Positions 14,160 to 28,979 of a DNA stretch of 64,000 nt are shown here, piece after piece. Origin of the DNA: Chrysomallon squamiferum (lineage: Eukaryota; Animalia; Mollusca); contig CM022671.1 of the NCBI GenBank assembly GCA_012295275.1, forward strand, positions 31,000,001 through 31,064,000, given 5' to 3'. Below the pieces are notes generated by a model, which had not been told where the DNA came from, searched no databases, and saw only the letters and a program-made list of their open reading frames with translations. The first letter of the stretch is position 1; every line of letters starts with the position of its first letter. The position numbers were made by a program, and so were the translations under genes.

Positions 14160-14535
14160 TCTAGATATCATTTACACACCTCTATCTTTGATTTCCCATT
14201 CCACATATAAGTATCTTCGATAAACTATTTATATATCATTATATTCGATATATCATTTACATACAATGGTATGTTATTAATATTTTATTGTCTTCGATGT
14301 ACTAGTATAATATCATTATCGTAGATCTACCATTTACATATCACTATCTTCGATATATCACTCGCATACCACTATCTTGGATATCCTATTTACATATCAC
14401 TATCTCCGATATATCATCTACACACTACTGTCTCGATATATTACTCGACTATTACTATTTTCTACTACTATTTACGAGTTTTACTATCTTTGATATGCGA
14501 TTTAAATATCACTATATCAAATATCACTCACATAC
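14160..14535. repeat. Degenerate minisatellite, unit about 26 bp (ATATCATTTACATACCACTATCTTCG-like)
   Basis: Recurring GATATATCAT(T/C)TACA...CACTATCTTCGAT motifs. Confidence 0.7.
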
Positions 14536-14591
14536 CTTCAGTATACAACCATTTATGTGTGCCGTTACTGATAAGAGAATACGATTGTACG

Positions 14592-14691
14592 TGTGTATGT
14601 ATGTATGTATGTATGTGTGTATGTATGTGTGTGTGTATGTGTGTGTGTGTATGTATGTGTGTATGTATGTATGTGTGTATGTATGTATGTG

Positions 14692-14722
<31 letters not shown>

Positions 14723-15286
14723 GTATATGTATGTATGTATGTGTGTGTTTTTATGTTTGTGTATGTATGTATGTGTGTGTGTGTATGTATGTGTGTATGT
14801 ATGTTTGTATGTATGTGTGTGTATGTATGTACGTGTGTGTGTGTATGTATGTATGTATGTAAGTGTGTATGTGTGTGTATGTATGTATGTGTGTGTGTAT
14901 GTATGTATGTATGTGTGTGTGTATGTAGGATGTATGTCTGTCTTTTTACGTGTATGTATGTATGTTTGTAAGTATGTGTGTATGTATGTATGTACGTATG
15001 TATGTATGTATGTATGTGTGTATGTATATATGTATGTGTGTATGTATGTATGTATGTGTGTATGTATATATGTATGTATGTATGTGTGTGTGTGTATGTA
15101 TGTATGTATGTATGTATGTATTTAAGAATTAAAGAACGCACTAGCACAGGAAATTCTTTTATTATTTAAACAATTTAATCATTTTCTAATTTTATCTCTA
15201 GGGATTCGATTTAACTTAAAGTTGACCATTATAATGTTTATTACAGTGTGCTTTGGTCCTTTGTCTATATATTTATTATTTTTTAT

Positions 15287-15318
<32 letters not shown>

Positions 15319-15595
15319 TGTATGTTTGCATATATGTATGTTTCCGTATGCGCGTGTATGAGTATGTATGTATATGTACATATGTATGAATATATGCATA
15401 TTTCTGTATGTGTGTTTGTGTTTGTATATATATATTTATGTATGTTTGTGTCTGTCTGTATGTATGCATGTATGTGTGTTTGTATATGTATATGTGTATA
15501 TATTTATGTGTATGTGTGTCTGTATGTCTGTATATATGTATATATTTCTGTGTATGATTGTTTGTGTGTGTGTGTGTTTGTCTGTATATATGTAT
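14592..15595. repeat. Compound (TATG)n/(TG)n microsatellite blocks just upstream of paralog A coding exon 1
   Basis: Directly visible. These blocks generate the spurious CMYV and HTYI ORFs. Confidence 0.95.
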
Positions 15596-15750
15596 AAAAA
15601 CATATGGCTTAGATACGCTCATTGAGGAAGGCGTTGCCAAAAAGAAGTAATTTCGTTTAAATTTATCGTCTATTTTGTTTATTCTGCTAGATTATTTGTT
15701 TTGAATAAATAATGTTTTGTTTTTCTTGCAGGAAGGGGTGACGAAACAAA

Positions 15751-15852
15751 ATGGCCATGGACTGTTGTAAAAATGTGAAGGAACAATTTAATTCCCACAA
15801 AGAAAAGCTTTACCTCGATTCCAAACATCCGGAAAAGTTCGTCCAGACGAAG
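15751..15852 (+). CDS. rost: Protein rolling stone-like paralog A, coding exon 1 of 4 (MAMDCCKNVKEQFNSHKEKLYLDSKHPEKFVQTK)
   Basis: Acceptor TTTTCTTGCAG at 15731, ATG at 15751 in context AAAATGG, donor AAG|GTTTGA at 15853, phase 0. The peptide L...P..FV parallels paralog B exon 1 (LDYDKPFKFVRSQ). Confidence 0.8.
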
Positions 15853-16330
15853 GTTTGAGCATGCGCATTTCGCTCTTTTCCCCGCTAATTAATAACCCGG
15901 TCGGCATGAACAAGCACATTAGTCTCTTACGGTTCGCTGAACAAATGGAAACGAGAAACGAAATCCAAACTTTGAAAGGAAATTAAATCCAGCCATTTTT
16001 GACAGAAGCAAATAGCAACAACAAAGCAAAGTATAAACATGACACCTTGAAAGTTCCACTCATTTTTACGTCACTTTTCCAATCCCTTTCGGAAATCCTA
16101 GATCCACTCCTACTGCTTGTTTAAATGATTATTCGTAAATACTTTAATATGTGCACGCGTCTTTTTAATTTCAATGAGAGAAAAAAATAAATAAAGTAAA
16201 ATAAATAATAAAAATTTAAAATAAAATAAAATAAAGAAATAATAATAATAATAATAAGAAGAAATGATCTTATATTTTTTATCTCCTTCCTTTCCAATAA
16301 TCTTCATTAAATCAACGTATTCTGGTGTGT

Positions 16331-16411
<81 letters not shown>

Positions 16412-17150
16412 GACATGATAAATATATTAAAATATTTATTTATTTACATTCGAGTTTACATATTGATAAACATTACGGAACAAATATCACTATTTTCTTT
16501 ACAAACACCGAGAGGGGTTTAAAAAAAAAAAAAAAAAAAAAAAAATCCTTCTTAAGACTTATATCCTTGCTCCACATTATCGTTCTTAATATGTAAACTG
16601 CACACGCAAATATCAAAGATATTAATTTCAAAAAAATGTGCAAGAGTTATGGCCCGTCAGGTGCTAGAGATCGCGTAAAACGCGAATCGGGTCTTGGGAA
16701 ATGTACACATACACGAAAGCTTGTTTTATATTTACAAAAATGACAGATGTCGGACACCTGATGATAACAGAGTCGAAGAGGATGTAGCGGTGTTAGTCGT
16801 AAACATTCTCGCTAATTGTGTTCACAGAGACGGCAGAAAAACATTTAGGCTCTTTTTACTTTTGGTTTTAGACGGTCTCATACCACACTTTTGTTTTAGA
16901 TTACTGAACGAAGTCGAGTATTATTAACATTGTAAAGATTTACGTTTGTTTTAATGGTTGGATGAAAATCGGTTATGTTAATATTAAGATGTTGTATGGT
17001 TCTGTGTTTTAAAAAAAAAAAAAAAATAATAATAATAATAATGAATATGAAATATTCTCACAAAATAAAATAAAATAAAATAAAAGAACAGAAACAACTA
17101 ACAAATAATACCAAAGACAATACTACACAAACAAGCAAACACATACTAGC

Positions 17151-17184
<34 letters not shown>

Positions 17185-17354
17185 AATAATTCTGAAAAAT
17201 CAACAGTCATTGAGATTTTAGCTTAATCACACATAATTCTTGTTCTTGTTTATCAGTAAATTAAAACTTTGTGCACGTCTTTGAAGTGAAGAGTATTATC
17301 ACTATAGTACTTCGAGCGTATTGCTATGTTTGTTTATTTCGTTTTTGATTTCAG

Positions 17355-17586
17355 TGTTTGTCACAAAACGTGTATCTGGCGTGGCGAATTATCTGGATGG
17401 TGTACCACTGCGGCGTCATCATCACCTCCGGCATTTTGGAACAACACTACGCCTCGACGGTGGCCAACCGAGCTAAGTGGTTGGTCTTTCTCACCAACTG
17501 GACTTACCTCGTTCTTACCTTGACGAGCATTGTTGACGTCATTTCCGTTCTCCACTTCCGGTTTTCGGCACCCACTTTTGATGGAG
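17355..17586 (+). CDS. rost: Rolling stone-like paralog A, exon 2 (232 nt; ...YLAWRIIWMVYH...KWLVFLTNWTY...)
   Basis: Acceptor TTTCAG at 17354, donor G|GTGGGT at 17587, phase 1. Contains the family motif W..(Y/F)LTNW and hydrophobic helices. Confidence 0.9.
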
Positions 17587-18497
17587 GTGGGTTAATCGAT
17601 TTAGTTGTGTGTGTGTGTGTGTGTGTGTGCGTGCGTGCGCGTGCGCATAATGACAAACATACACATTTATACACAACACTCGGTGAAAAAAATTGTTTCA
17701 GAAAATATTCAGATTTCAACTATTGTGTTAAAAAAAAAAAAGAAGAAGAAAAAAATTATTCCATCTTCATTACTGAATTTGTAATTATCGTTTCATTTAT
17801 GAGCAAATTTTTAAAAATATGGTTGATAAGTAGTTCAAATGTGGCAGTGCTAATGATTTTACTAAGAATTCTGATTAAACTGATAAATTAATTTCGATTT
17901 TGCGTAGGCCATGCATCACTGCACGGAAGGTATTCATTTTCGTTAGTGATTAAAATTTAATATTAAATAGAAAACTGAAAAAAAAAAAAAAAAAAAAAAT
18001 AATAATAATAATAATAATAAAAAAAAGAAGCATCGTTAAAATGTTTTCAGTTACACAAGTCCAAGAAAGACTTCTTACGTTTTGGATTTAGGACTGTTAA
18101 CATTGTTTGAAATCGATGAGTAGCAATAGTAGGAAAAGTAGCAGAAGAAGAAGAAGAAGAAGAATTAGTAGTAGTAGTAGTAGTAGTAGAAGCAGCAGCA
18201 ATGGTAGTATTAGCAGAAGTAGTATTGTTGTAGTGATAACATCAGTAGTAATGGTGATTGTAATAGTAGTAGTAATGATGGCAGAAGAAAATATACTGGT
18301 AGTACTAGTAGTAACAGTAGTTACAGTAGTGGCAGCTGCAGTAGGCGTAGTAGCAGTGGTATGTAGTTACTGTAGTAAAGATAGTAAAATCATACTGGGT
18401 GCAGCAGTCTTCACATTAAGAATTCCAGACGCTGCTGATAAAGATAAAAACAAATTAATTGTGTCGCCATGTTAATCCTTTGTCTCTCGTGTTTCAG

Positions 18498-18608
18498 AAA
18501 AGGTGACGGAAATGACCTGGTTTCTGAAGCTGCTCTGGCTGCTGTTTAACATTTCCAATGCGACCGGAATCGAGATTTCGCTAATATACTGGACTGCTAT
18601 TTATAAAG
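18498..18608 (+). CDS. rost: Rolling stone-like paralog A, exon 3 (111 nt; EKVTEMTWFLKLLWLLFNISNATGIEISLIYWTAIYK)
   Basis: Acceptor GTTTCAG at 18497, donor AAG|GTAATA at 18609, phase 1 to 1. Motif M.W..K..W.L..I........I...YW is typical of rolling stone-like proteins. Confidence 0.9.
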
Positions 18609-19610
18609 GTAATAACCATAGGTAGAAGCAGCGAATGTTGTGTGTATTCTGCAATATTAAATATTTTAGTTGTTTATTACCATGTTTTTAACAACAACAG
18701 AAAAAAAAAAGAAAAAAAAAAATCTCCAAACAATCCCGTGATGAGATTTCATTTGTTTTGTTGTAATATATCGTGATTAATACTAATACTAATACTAACA
18801 CTAATACTAACACTACTACTACTACTACTACTACAACTACTACTATTACTACTACTACTACTACTACTACTACCACTACCACTATTACTAATAATAATAA
18901 TAATAATAATTATAATTGTAATAATGGTAATGATGATGATGATAAACGGAAAAATACGATAATATTTTCCATCTTGAAACATCAAAAGAAGCTGGCCAAT
19001 GCTTTGATAAAACTCTCTTATTTTTGTATCGATGTTAACCACGGCTCTTCGTTAATTTACAATCTGTTTTTTTTTTTTTTTTTTTTTTAACAAAGTCAAG
19101 ATCTTCACTGTTTGCGTATCTTCTAAACACACTCATTACTGCGTCGCCATTACGTTAACAAAACAAGATAAAAGGCCAGTTCTGGTTTAGATTAAAGTCA
19201 GGAGATACCGACTGAAACTAGCCTTCTAGTTTCAACTGTGAATGACGCACAAAACAGCCTCGCTCTAATTTGATGATCGTCTGCTTTATTTATAAACAAA
19301 CTCATTTAATTTTGAAAGGTGTAACTGTTATTATTATTATTATTATTACGTCATTCTCTTTCCTCCCCCCCCTTTTCTGAAATTCTAGATGTTCCCAAGA
19401 TTTTTAAAATTATTCTTATACATTTATAATACCAGTGGTAAAGTTTATAAATCATAAATTTTTTTTTTTTTTTTTTTTTTTTCTTTTTCTGTCGTTTATA
19501 TTCACAGTACAGCATCCATTCCTGATGGACCCGCCCCTCATTTTTTTTTTTTTTTCTGTTACTTTAAACGTCAGTAATTTATTTTTATTTTCATAAAGTA
19601 AGATTATAAT

Positions 19611-19689
<79 letters not shown>

Positions 19690-19968
19690 TATAAGAAACC
19701 GTAACCCCACACCAAAAAAATCTATATAATTTAATGAAAAATGCTGTATAAATAATTTCTTTGAAAATAGCTTGAAAAACGTTCTGTGGTTTTAGAAATT
19801 AAAGGACAACACAGAATAAAAAGAAGTTACTTTTTGATGATATTAATAATCTTTTGACAAGACGTCGAGGTATAATTAATGTGTGACATTTTGAACAGTT
19901 ATTTTCTTAGAAAGGAAAAACGAAATAATTTTAATTATAATTACACTGGGCGTACTGCTCAATACTTT

Positions 19969-20020
<52 letters not shown>

Positions 20021-20480
20021 TGAAGAAGAAGAAGAAGAAGAAGAAAATTCTAATCAGAACAAGTTAACTTTGGTATATTATTTCCTATTGGAAAATTTCC
20101 CATTCTAACTAGTATCCCACACCTGTCATAATAATGGACGTTTTGGACTGAGCATATTGACGTAACATCGCTGCTAATGACTAAGACCAATTCATCGAAT
20201 GACAACAGCGGGTTTCCTTTCTGAACTCACGTCCTCATATCTTGATGTGACTGATCAGAGCAAAAATTTCCCGCAAATCATAATGGCCCCAATCCAACCA
20301 TGAACTATACAAAAAGGCATTTTACTTCCCAAATTGTTTTTTTTTTTTTTTTATTCAGTATATTATCATTTATGTTTTATGATGCAAACACAAGAGCACG
20401 ACGCTTAATCATTAACATTTAAAAACGTGTTTGAGTTACTGACAGCAGCTTGCTAACTTGTTTATATTTCATTCTTTCAG

Positions 20481-20866
20481 CTAAGTGGGGGTTTTCGGGA
20501 TATCGTATTCTCCCGTTCCTGACGCACGGAATGAACAGCATCTACATCATCATGAACGTTATCGTCACGGGGATTCCCATCCGCTTCCTGCACTTCTGGC
20601 AGCCAATGATCTTTGGCTTCATCTACGGGGTTTTCAGTTTGATCTACACGGTGTCCGGCGGAACAGACGATCAGGGTAATCCCTTCATCTACGCCATACT
20701 GGACTGGAACAAGCGACCTGGACTCACTGTGTGCGTTGCCACCGGCGCCTTTGTCGCTGCAGTGCTCATTCACTTTCTGCTTTTCGCACTTCACAGAGTT
20801 AAAGTCGCTTTTGAGAGATTACTGTGTGCGAAAAGTGAATCGGTTGTTTCCCCTTGTGAGCAGTGA
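20481..20866 (+). CDS. rost: Rolling stone-like paralog A, exon 4 (last); full CDS 831 nt, 276 aa
   Basis: Acceptor TTCTTTCAG at 20480. Contains THGMNS, P.RFLHF..P..FG..Y..F..IY...GG....GNPFIYAILDW. TGA ends at 20866. Exon lengths 102+232+111+386=831 are in frame. Confidence 0.92.
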
Positions 20867-21111
20867 CAGTGCCAAACTGGTTCGTAAACTGGTTTGTGAC
20901 AGTGTTTTGATCGTACCAGGACTTCACGTACTTGACTGTGCGTGAACTACACTTTGTACAGCAGAGTGTGACTTGCAAACTGCGAGGATGCTTCTGTTTA
21001 CAGTTCTGAGTGCAATTTGATTTGCACTGCGCAAAATAACGCTAATTTGCCAGTGATAAATAACGAAAAATTGCGCCATCCACATTTTCAAAAATCATTA
21101 TTATCTTTATC

Positions 21112-21153
<42 letters not shown>

Positions 21154-21279
21154 TTGTTTTTTGTTATAAAAGACTTAACAAATTAGTTGTCGTTTCTGCT
21201 TAAACGATGAAAGTCAGGAACTTCAACATATTGTTGAATAAAATCATTGAAATAAGGAACCAAAAGAAAATGAAATGAA

Positions 21280-21342
<63 letters not shown>

Positions 21343-21855
21343 ACTTTAATAAATTATAAATCGTAATATAAATGACGTCATTATTAATTTTTGTTACGTT
21401 GATAATGTTTATTACGATCTGCTACTATGAAGATTAAAAACCACGACTTGATTTATCTGTAGAACCTGTACAAGCCTAATTTGTTTTGAAGTTCTGACTC
21501 CAAATAAAACGGTTAATTAATTAATTTAACCCCACGAAAACAACAGTTCTGAGCTATTTAACAAACCGGTGTTGAAAACTCCTTCAAAACATTATCAGAC
21601 ATCACTGAAAATTGTCTGATCCTGTTGGAAAGTTATAAAATGTGAAAATAAACGATTATTTTTCATAAGGAAAACACCGACACCATTCAGAGACTATTAA
21701 AAGATGCACGTGCGTGGAAACAATTGTCAGTAAAGATGCCATTTCCTATACTACTGAAAAAAAAACCCCCAAAACCCAGAAGCCTACAAGTCAAGAGAAT
21801 AAAACTATGTAACTAGTGAATTCGGTCACCTAAGTCAGAAAGATGTATGTATATG

Positions 21856-21942
<87 letters not shown>

Positions 21943-22636
21943 AAAATATATAGAAAGAGAATATGTTAGAATCCTTATTGTACCATATACAGTAATTTAA
22001 TGCTGTTCTATTTATTATTATTATTATTTTCAAAAGCACTTTATTTTGATATTGTAATGTTATACTTTTAACTGCGTCATCGGATCCTACCGCCTGACTA
22101 AACCGACCAATCAAATATCACGTTTCAAAAATGATCACGTTACGTGTTCAGAAAAGGAAATCCCGAATGTAAAAATAAGGGAAGCGTCTTCTCTTTTTTC
22201 CTGCTCATGTTAATTTTGTCGATTGTTGGAATTAATGAAATTAAATGTTATCGTCTGCTGTGTCAGACGATTTCCGTTTCGTGCGCGAGATCCCATTCAG
22301 GCATTACGTAACGCTTACTATTCAAGGATATAGGATGGAGACGAAAAAAAAAAAAAAAAAAAAATATGATGTTACTTTTGTATCTAGGACACGGACGCAT
22401 ACAAACCAATGAATGGATATAAACCAAAACATAAATAAAGAAAGCTTTTGCCAGAAAAAAAAAAAAAAAAAAAAAAAAATCAAATGAAAAAAAAAAAAAA
22501 AAAAAACATGTTGTAGCAATTGTTGTTGCTTTTATTTAGATTTTTGTTATTATTATTATCTTTGGGATGATAATGATGATTATGATGATCATGTTGATGA
22601 TTAGAATTTTCTGTAACAACCCGGTGTTAGTAAAAA

Positions 22637-22688
<52 letters not shown>

Positions 22689-22889
22689 GTTATACTTATT
22701 ATTATTTTTTTTTTGGATTCACTAACGCCATTTTCTTAATGCGTTTTAAATATGCATATACGTAAAACTGCTTCATTTTATTAGTATTAATGTTTCTGCT
22801 TTTGTATTTCAATTTGTGTGAACTAGTTTTCTTGCATTTGTTCTGTGACTCTATCTGTATACGTCTTATGTAAATGTGTATTTTTGTGT

Positions 22890-22993
<104 letters not shown>

Positions 22994-23556
22994 TCTGCGT
23001 TATAGACATTCACAGTTATGTAAGTTAGTTATAAAGAGAGGACCAGTGAGCATTTTTGAAAATAAATTGTTTATCGTGTACTAGTTTGTTCTATTTTTAA
23101 ATAATTTGGTTTTTTTCACAGGAAAAACATCTATCTTGTATGTATTCGACAAAAACACAAACATACAGACATACATACACACAAAATAAAAAAAGCACAC
23201 ATTCACACTCTTTCACTCTGTAGTTATTTGTTTTTCTCTGTACTAACCTGAGTACGATCTGTAATTAGTAGATAAGACTTTACAATTTTACATAATAATA
23301 ATAAATAATAATATGTATGTATATATAAATGAATAAACATACTGAGTAAAAGACAAAATTAACGGTAGATATTTTTTAACTAACTTTACATAAATAAATA
23401 AATAAACACTATGATGTGTATACTGAAATTTTGACTAAAATAGAATATTAACGGTAGTCTTGTATTTTATCGTATTTTAACTTCAGATAATGTGTCCGTA
23501 GAGACTTAATCATGGAAGAATAAAACGAAACAAATAAACAATAAAAAACAAAATAA

Positions 23557-23620
<64 letters not shown>

Positions 23621-24485
23621 GAAGAACAAACAGGCCGATTTAACAACGAGGATCTTCACGCCTTTTATCAGAAGAACTGAAACTATTGTTAGAAAAATTT
23701 AACATTAAGCTTGCCAGAGTTATCTCCACTTTTGTCGTCTTTAATATTTTAACGGATTTAAAAAAAAAACGAAAAAAAATTTACTTAACGAGAAAGAAAA
23801 GTAACATATACTCATTTAGAGACAGTATAAAGAAAGCTACTGTTGCTGTTGATGTTATTATTAACAATATTAGCAGTAACAGTAGTGGTAGTATTAGTAG
23901 TAATAGTTGTAGTTGTAGTAATTATAGTAGTAGTAGTAAAATAGTTGTGTAATAGTAATCGGCATTGGCAGTAATAGTCTGTAATAGTCCAGAAATAGTA
24001 GTAGCAATAGGCAGTAATAGCAGTAAAAGTCTTCCTCCTCTCTCTCCTCCCCTCCTCCTTTCCTTCTCTCTCCGCACATACGCTCTGTTTCTTTCCGTTC
24101 CAACCATTGTCACAGTTTTACTTTATCAATAACCGTTGTAAATGTTTTCCTTTTCAGTGCGATGTAAGTAAACACGTATCTCTCTGTTGATGGACATAAC
24201 TGTGGCGGGTTTCCTCTCACAGATCATTATAAATGTATGAATGAATAAACAAATGATAAGAAACTATGCCAAACACGTAGTAAGTGTTAATAGTAATATT
24301 AGAAAATACTGAAATGACGTTATACAGTTAATTCATAGTCTTTCTTTTAACCCTACCTTCCAAGAAGGGAGGCAACTGTTTGGACCTTCGAAGACCTTAG
24401 TAGATTTGCTGTTTCACGCACACAAACAGACACAGAGACACACACACACACACACACACAAACGCACCCACACACATATATATAA

Positions 24486-24563
<78 letters not shown>

Positions 24564-24672
24564 CTCTCTCTATGTCTGTATATATAACTAAATCGAGGCA
24601 AAGGAGGCAAATGCCTCATACTGAAATTGACGATTTTCTTTATTATTATTATTATTTATTTATTTATTCATT

Positions 24673-24729
<57 letters not shown>

Positions 24730-25009
24730 CAAACATTTTATTTTAAAAATATAAAATATAAATCTCTATTCCGATAGACACGACATCCACTGAATGACTT
24801 CGTTTTTGTCTACGGCTACCGTTTGAAGTCTAGCGACATCGTTGGGATGAAAGACATAACTAACTTCAAAGACACCAGTTTTTGATTCATTTCAAAAACC
24901 ATCTGGTTACGGCCATGGTATATATAATTTATATATACATATATATCATTATTGATTGCACGAGCTCACAACTCAGATATTCACTGTTTATGTGTGCATG
25001 CACAAATAC

Positions 25010-25042
<33 letters not shown>

Positions 25043-25449
25043 TATGCAGTATTTTCTGAAATTCTTATGATAGCGTACATACGTAATGCTGAAATACTCT
25101 AGACAGTGTGACTTAAGTCTAACTGGTTGTGTGACGTCAAGTTATGAAGATACAGTTACGTCATTTTATTTGTTCTAAGTATCCTGGAACCATTTACTGG
25201 CATTAATACATGAAAATCAACAACATCACTATCAGTAATGATGATGATGATGACGATGATGATAATTATAACAATAATAATGATGATGATAACGATGTTG
25301 ATTATAACAATGTTTATTTATTAATTTATTTAATTATTTTAATAAATAAATAAATAAACGATGTTTTATCTTTCAAGAAGGATATGAATTAATTTTAATG
25401 CATTATAGCAACGCGCTTGTTCACAGTTATTAAGAAGAATCTCAGCCTA

Positions 25450-25532
25450 TATACTGCTGAGTATGTAAATTTAATATTGTTGAATACGTAAAATTAATTA
25501 TGTTGAACATGTGAATTTAATACTGCTGAATA
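25450..25532. repeat. Short minisatellite, about 23-bp unit, 3-4 copies
   Basis: ATACTGCTGAGTATGTAAATTTA, ATATTGTTGAATACGTAAAATTA, ATTATGTTGAACATGTGAATTTA, ATACTGCTGAATAT. Confidence 0.75.
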
Positions 25533-26374
25533 TTCGTAGAAGCACTGACGTTTATCTAAATATTTGTTTTAGATAAAAGAAACATTTTTTCTTTTCTTTT
25601 TAGACAAATTCGTGTTTGGAATGTGTTTTCCTAGCGTTTGTATATATGTCTTTACATAAATATTGAAGAAAGAAAAACTTCAAATAAATAAATGATTTTT
25701 TGTGTTTCTTTAGCTTTTTGCACCTTTTTTTTTTTTTGGATTATTTAAAAAAATTTCTAAGTGTTTTTAGCTTTGAATAAAATATAATAAAAAACTGGGA
25801 AAAAGTTTAAAAAAAAAAAAAAAAAAAATTGAAATGAGTAACAAACACGGTAGTAGATAATAATTATTATTATTCGCTTTTTTTTATTCTTTTTAAAATG
25901 TTATTTTATTTAAATTTTCAAAAAGTTAAAAAAAAAAGAAAGAAAGAGTCCATGAAGTTTATTTTTCTTTGGCGTCTATCTTCATTTATCTAAAATAGCG
26001 CAAAGAAAAGAAAAACAAACTGAGAAACAGAGACTCTTATTTATTTATCTTGTAAGCCATGTACCCAGTAATCAACAACTTCATTTAGTTTTGTTGTTTA
26101 CAGAGTAAACACGATAAACGGCGAAGATGTTTCAGGTACGACGACGTCAGATAAACGACACGACGTCATGCCAACGCATCGAATTACTGCAGATATCGGG
26201 CTTTACTGTCACGACTGAAATAAGCCAAGACATTTTTTTTTTGAAACGAATTGTTGTGGTCGCTGTTTGTTTATTTTCGCCAGGGTCAAAGGTTATGGTA
26301 GCCGTTTATTTCACGCAGGCTGTTAGTGTCAGTAACTGATGTTTCTACAAGATAGGTTTTAGTTTCTATTCTGT

Positions 26375-26405
<31 letters not shown>

Positions 26406-26517
26406 TATTTAAATATATATATATATATATATTTTGTTCTTTTTTATATATATATATCATTTAAATATCTTTTTTGGGTGATTCCTTATTTTGTTCTTTT
26501 TATATCTTCTTTTTTGT

Positions 26518-26602
<85 letters not shown>

Positions 26603-27222
26603 ACACATTTTAATAAATTCTTTTTTCGTTCTGTCATCTATTTTCTATCGTAATGTTGTTGTTTTTTCATTTTATTCAATTTTCAAAAATTATATATAGA
26701 ACATATATACATATAGCGAAATAAATTCAGACCCTGAAAACAAATAAAGCCCAAAGAATAATAATAATTATAAATAAATATTTTAAAACAAACAACAAAA
26801 GAGACAAACAACCAACCAACCACCCAGCCTATCATCCAAACAAACAAGCAAACAAACAAAAAGACAACAAAATAACAATCAGTAATAAAAAATTAAAAAA
26901 ATGACCGATGAAGAAACACCAAAAACAAACAAATAAAAACATTAAATAAAAAATAAAAAATAAATAAATCAATCAAAATCAAATAAAAATAAATAAATAA
27001 ATAAATACAAAATATAACATAATCACTGTGAACAACAATAATAGCGATAATGATAAAAATGACAATGATGATAATGATGATGATGATAATAATAATAAAT
27101 ATACTGAGTTTTAAAATAAAACTTCTACATTTCAAGTGTTTTTTTCTGTCTCAGAATACAAAATAAACTGTATATAAAACAACGTCTTCTAAAACCTAGG
27201 GCTTCTATAACCAAAGTAAACG

Positions 27223-27250
27223 TCACGTGACAACCTTTATGACGTCATAA
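27223..27250. promoter_or_regulatory. E-box (TCACGTGAC) plus CRE (TGACGTCA) composite module, copy 1
   Basis: TCACGTGACAACCTTTATGACGTCATAA is identical at 26 of 28 positions to the reverse complement of 34898-34925. Confidence 0.5.
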
Positions 27251-28273
27251 TGCTTCAGCACTACGAGGAAAGAATAAACAAGAAATATTTCTGTTTCTGA
27301 AACTAAAAGTATTAGTAACCGAGGTAAGTAAACGAATTTTGAATTATATTGAATTATGTTTAAATTTTTCTTCTTTTTTTTTTTTCTTCTTCTTCTTCTT
27401 CTTCTTCTTCTTCTTCTTGCCATGTGTCAACATTTTGATTATGATATTTAACTGACAAAATCAGAAACAATAATACCAATAATTACATTTACAATAGTAA
27501 CAACAACAACAATAATAATCAGAGGAAGAAGAAGAAAAGTAACAACATCACTAGCAACGGAACAACATGCAGAATACAAACAAAACAAACAAACAAACAT
27601 ATATATATATATATTTGTTTGTTTGTTTTGTTTATATGCATAAAATATAATATTATTTGTTAGATGTTTTGAAAAAAAAGTTTCAAAAACAGGAAGTAAA
27701 AAAATGTTGACTTATCATTTGTACCGCGTAACCACCAAGTATCATTTTACATTTCAGTATAAAACAAAATTTTAAGCTTTTATGAAGACATAAAAATCCA
27801 GAAAATACGATATAACGTAAACCTGGAAATATATACAAAAGATAAATAGAGTCTACATTTCCATAACATTTATATATTTCATGGTTTCTTTTTTTTATGT
27901 GTTATTTTACCTAATAAAAATTTCATGTACGATTTATTGCTAAACTTAAAATGATATTTAAAAGGAGAAACTAATAACTTCTTTTCTTTTCTTTTTTCTT
28001 TAATTTTATTATTTTATTTTTTGTATTATTATTTTTTTTTTTAAAAAGATCAAAACGTCCTAGCTGTTTTTAGATTTTGTTTAATCATTGCACATAATTA
28101 TTTACTTTTTCCGAAATCTTATACGCCATTTGAAGAGCGTGATAAGGGATATAACTTTCACATGATTGAGATAAGAATGATATTGTTTTAATATTACATG
28201 CTGATTTTATTTTAGAATATGTTACCAGCTCCAGATTGGCTCTGATTGTAATAATAATAATAATAATAATAAC

Positions 28274-28307
<34 letters not shown>

Positions 28308-28480
28308 AATAATAGTAATAGTAATACTAACAATAGCAGTAGCAGTAGCAGTAGCAGTAGTAGTAGTAGTAGTAGTAGAGTAGTTGAAGTAGTAGTAGTA
28401 GCAGTAGTAGCAGTAGTAGTAGTGGCGGTACAGCAGTAACAACAACAACAGTAATAATCATAAAATAACTGTTGATAACC

Positions 28481-28743
28481 CAGTGGTGATGCCGGAGCCA
28501 ACTCTTTGATTGTCTGCCCCAAAGACTCAAGTACAAGGCTCAGTACTGAGAAATATTATGAGAAAGGAAGATATTTTGAATACGTAAACACAGATGAAAC
28601 ATAAAATAAACACTTTATTCGATTTTAATATAACTCATCCGGATTTAGTAAGTTTTTTGGTTTTTTCTGATTGGATTTCCCCTCCCATCTGGATGCCCGC
28701 GGCCACTGCCCCTTCGCCCCCCACTTCCATCTGCACGCCACAG
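28481..28743. mobile_element. Degenerate hAT-like MITE
   Basis: Ends CAGTGGTGATGC and GCACGCCACAG form an imperfect TIR, with a GC-rich subterminal right arm. Flanks TGATAACC and CAATAACC match at 6 of 8 positions, consistent with a decayed 8-bp TSD. Confidence 0.55.
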
Positions 28744-28942
28744 CAATAACCATTCTCGCAATACTAAAACGATGTACTATGCTAGTAAACTGAGATTAGT
28801 GTTATTAACAAAAGAAACAGAAGTAGTGGTAGCAAAGACCCAGCCACCATTAGTAGTTATAATACTGAAGTAGTAGTAATAGTGCTAACAGTAGCATTAT
28901 TATTATTATTATTATTATTACTACTACTACTACTACTACTAC

Positions 28943-28979
<37 letters not shown>

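Noticed and set aside
20477-20794. 105-aa minus-strand ORF
   Set aside because: It is the antisense shadow of paralog A exon 4.
20849-20866. C-terminal prenylation motif in paralog A (SPCEQ)
   Set aside because: The Cys is at position -3 rather than -4, so it is not a CaaX box.
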